Below, piece after piece: positions 62,701 to 64,000 of a stretch of DNA of 64,000 nucleotides (positions within the stretch are counted from its first letter, which is position 1; the number at the start of each line of letters is the position of its first letter). A program made the translations under genes and the position numbers. This stretch comes from Pseudovirgaria hyperparasitica (taxonomy: Eukaryota). The stretch lies in the NCBI GenBank assembly GCA_010093815.1, contig ML996579.1. The stretch is one strand, 5' to 3'. The notes under the pieces were generated by a model. The model did not search any database. It was not told the origin of the DNA and was given only the letters and a program-made list of their open reading frames with translations.

Positions 62701-62909
62701 TATTCCGCGTCGAGAAGATTAGCATCGCTAAGCTCCTGTACATTCTCGACTTCGGGTTCCAAGTGGTCAGTACTCACGAGTTCGGAAGCCTGAGTATAGG
62801 TCTGGTTGATTTGGTGGGACATAGACGTGTAAGTATTTGGCTGACCATCACTACCTTGATCTGCTTGCAAGTTGCGCGAAGGGAGTTCCCAGCTGGCTGG
62901 TTGAACCAT
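59736..62909 (-). CDS. Hypothetical protein (1057 aa): acidic disordered N-terminus, folded core opening with an F-box-like segment, helical C-terminal extension
   Basis: 3.2 kb ORF. Core FLDYKSFVNLYSMSRYF..VPSLRYL..FFMKLDMRFNDP..LRKLLLHQRSL..EGW..RPDTLIMREGIRR. The F-box call is inference from the pattern only. Confidence 0.8.
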   Translation of the reverse strand: MVQPASWELPSRNLQADQGSDGQPNTYTSMSHQINQTYTQASELVSTDHLEPEVENVQELSDANLLDAEYLEEEDHDRNRTQQQHSQPTVEDHVEQNNDLADGHQDSDQELPDPNDYESWDAADIDDDMDVDVLKTSTGNVAALGNGSAAEDELRRRAFNDFMRVISSSGIDPTTAHSASGKDSQRTPSDSSSWAHNRDFSGSISNRTVSGGTSHGEGRIENRIEEASRLLTSDLVQDLEEHGPDTDDNSPSGNGRQEEPAASSSRMLTCDPPQNNKRTFDEADDDDEPLENAGAQSPSTSRMTKRTKHADQHEPIFDPGREVMDEEDEHVQLCPAEKRPSAFNLFDAVMHDPAVFLIFVTFLDYKSFVNLYSMSRYFNYLIDSHMRTYILTNAYANYGHAADIMPWQYYARLSMKDPLNKRSIQFPGQVRDVPSLRYLGMLNYRHGVVQKIIMWLQLEDHLLPPQSDTTILKIWHLLEYPYNKWRMMTLLDKRRWSDEDLILATYFFMKLDMRFNDPVDSEGELTLRKLLLHQRSLTPLYKILSGKVKLNDTKMLKLWIMTRYEPEVPVFGPVWGVPAQFIGHLSREGWMLGNMRLWRPDTLIMREGIRRELDIHKRYLDMILYGYMDNHGRPVDMPVDRVMAKHVSHKKRIGAHLNAVETAWDENRTAKIVHARKLERQARQDTIPATFAALAHGIPLTAHQKIILARAETKHREAAITELQAKAGTTQPLSPAAAAFKQDILTERRLHLAVSGQPTDPPLSAVEQSTITMNFILKDTANHPLDSPTKLHLVSAATAHLTHAVPSDQCLHPTIRFFLAAANIKLKLHANELVTPAEWDDFRALACDRVRGKLLAHADFDALADEEKILVLRGDVLKFFRDRVDAGAVLGPEEVDRVDVYVERLRAAEKVVLAKRMARAREEVDDDDDDDDESDEEENGKGDRERNAEGDIPAKNIGSTDKNIKSSRDDEDQDSDMSIDDERSSISSDHVVEASLTEASDYGGRASAMVVQGVIDQLAAKVKTGLQLTDKETGFIKEIRARQVALVKKEEAERYVF

Positions 62910-63516
62910 GGCTGTTGACTACTAGTATATAGGTGTGTGTCAGGCAGTGGAGTGTCGCTGTCGCGAGGTGGCTGGTTCGAAGTGCACTCCATGGCTTGTA
63001 TTTTGAGGTTGACGACGACCGAGGCGGAGACAATAGCAACAATAGCAAAGACACACAATACTAAGGAAAGTCTTGGCAGTGTTGTGTGTTGAGTTGAAAG
63101 TGAATGGACACGCGGGAAGTAGCTACCAGTCACTATCAGGTAACAGGACGGTGAGAAGGCACGGCCAGCACAGGCATTGTGACGACAAGAAGCTCCGATC
63201 ATGGTGCACTCGACCACGCATTATCACACTCGTCGCCAGCCATGCAGGAGCCAGTATTGTTGTTTAAGTGCAATAAGTGAAGCTGCTTGTAAGTCAATAG
63301 TCGCTGAGGCGTTGGAGTGCCGCTGACTAATTAAGGACGGTACGTATGGACCTCCCGGTCAAAGGACTCCGTAGAGCCCGGACAAAACAAGGTACCCATG
63401 TATTATATATGTACATAAGCAGCACAGCCACAGGAGCCACACCCCGCATCTCCAGAGCTTTCTTTTTCCTGTTGCGACCGTCTCTGGTATCTTCTATCTG
63501 GCCGGTCTGCTTGTCT

Positions 63517-63572
63517 GCCTGAGCGCCTGACAGCCTGACAGCCTGACAGCCTAACAGCTTGAGAGCCTGAGC
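63517..63572. repeat. 8-bp tandem repeat (GCCTGACA consensus), 7 copies
   Basis: gcctgagc gcctgaca gcctgaca gcctgaca gcctaaca gcttgaga gcctgagc. Confidence 0.8.
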
Positions 63573-64000
63573 ACCCCATTCGGCCTCAGAGTCATTAGTG
63601 CACCAACATCCAACCATGCATCCGTCCAGCCGCTCAATTAGCAGTCGGGGATATAAAGTCTAATTGCTACAAGCGTTGAGCAGCACCATCTAATATTAAA
63701 ATTATTGTTGTTGTCATTGCGAAGCGCTTTGGTCACTCCGCTTGCTGTTTGCTGCTTGCTGGAACTGACGCGTTGGGACAGGGATGGGATTAGTGCCTGC
63801 ATTCATCCCGTCCCTCATCGTATTCCGGCGCAAATTTCGAATCGTTTGTATTGTAGAATGCATTCAGTTGTCGTGCTGGGCCGATTCGACCAGATGACGC
63901 AGCTTGTATACAAGATAGATACTGCTGCATATGTCGCGCAAGAAGTAGATTGATGCTATCAGTCACATGCCCCAGTGGCACAGCAATTCGTTCTTCCCAG

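Noticed and set aside
1..64000. tRNA, rRNA, spliceosomal snRNA, CRISPR array, transposase or secondary-metabolite backbone gene
   Set aside because: No signature recognised by eye. tRNAscan-SE, Infernal and a repeat-library search would be needed to exclude them formally.

Overview
Eukaryotic, intron-containing DNA from a filamentous ascomycete (Pezizomycotina; Dothideomycetes is my guess). Introns are short GT-AG with CTRAY-type branch sites. About 19 protein-coding genes are supported. Housekeeping genes: Mmc1-like protein, mitochondrial ribosome recycling factor, condensin Ycg1/Cnd3, cysteine synthase, Aha1, TFIIH Tfb1, Yme1, Rad9/Crb2, a p24 protein and Spc3. Secreted enzymes: a phytase-like protein, GH76 Dfg5/Dcw1 and a heme-thiolate peroxidase. 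Also present: a Rex3-like DEDDh exonuclease, a compact kinase-like gene and several hypothetical proteins. Features the ORF track does not show: (1) a box C/D snoRNA, probably snR40-like (18S Gm562 guide), in a 5'UTR intron of aha1; (2) a small spliced gene at 16816-17260; (3) a decayed second heme-thiolate peroxidase 2.9 kb downstream of the intact one; (4) a ~2.3 kb TpA-rich island carrying the kinase and a MITE-like element. The island is bounded by two direct copies of a ~24-bp core, each nested in its own, different inverted repeat. This cassette-like arrangement is the best, though speculative, candidate for an undescribed system. No rRNA, tRNA, CRISPR array, transposase or recombinase was recognised. 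Exon boundaries and family calls were made by eye and from memory; no searches were run.
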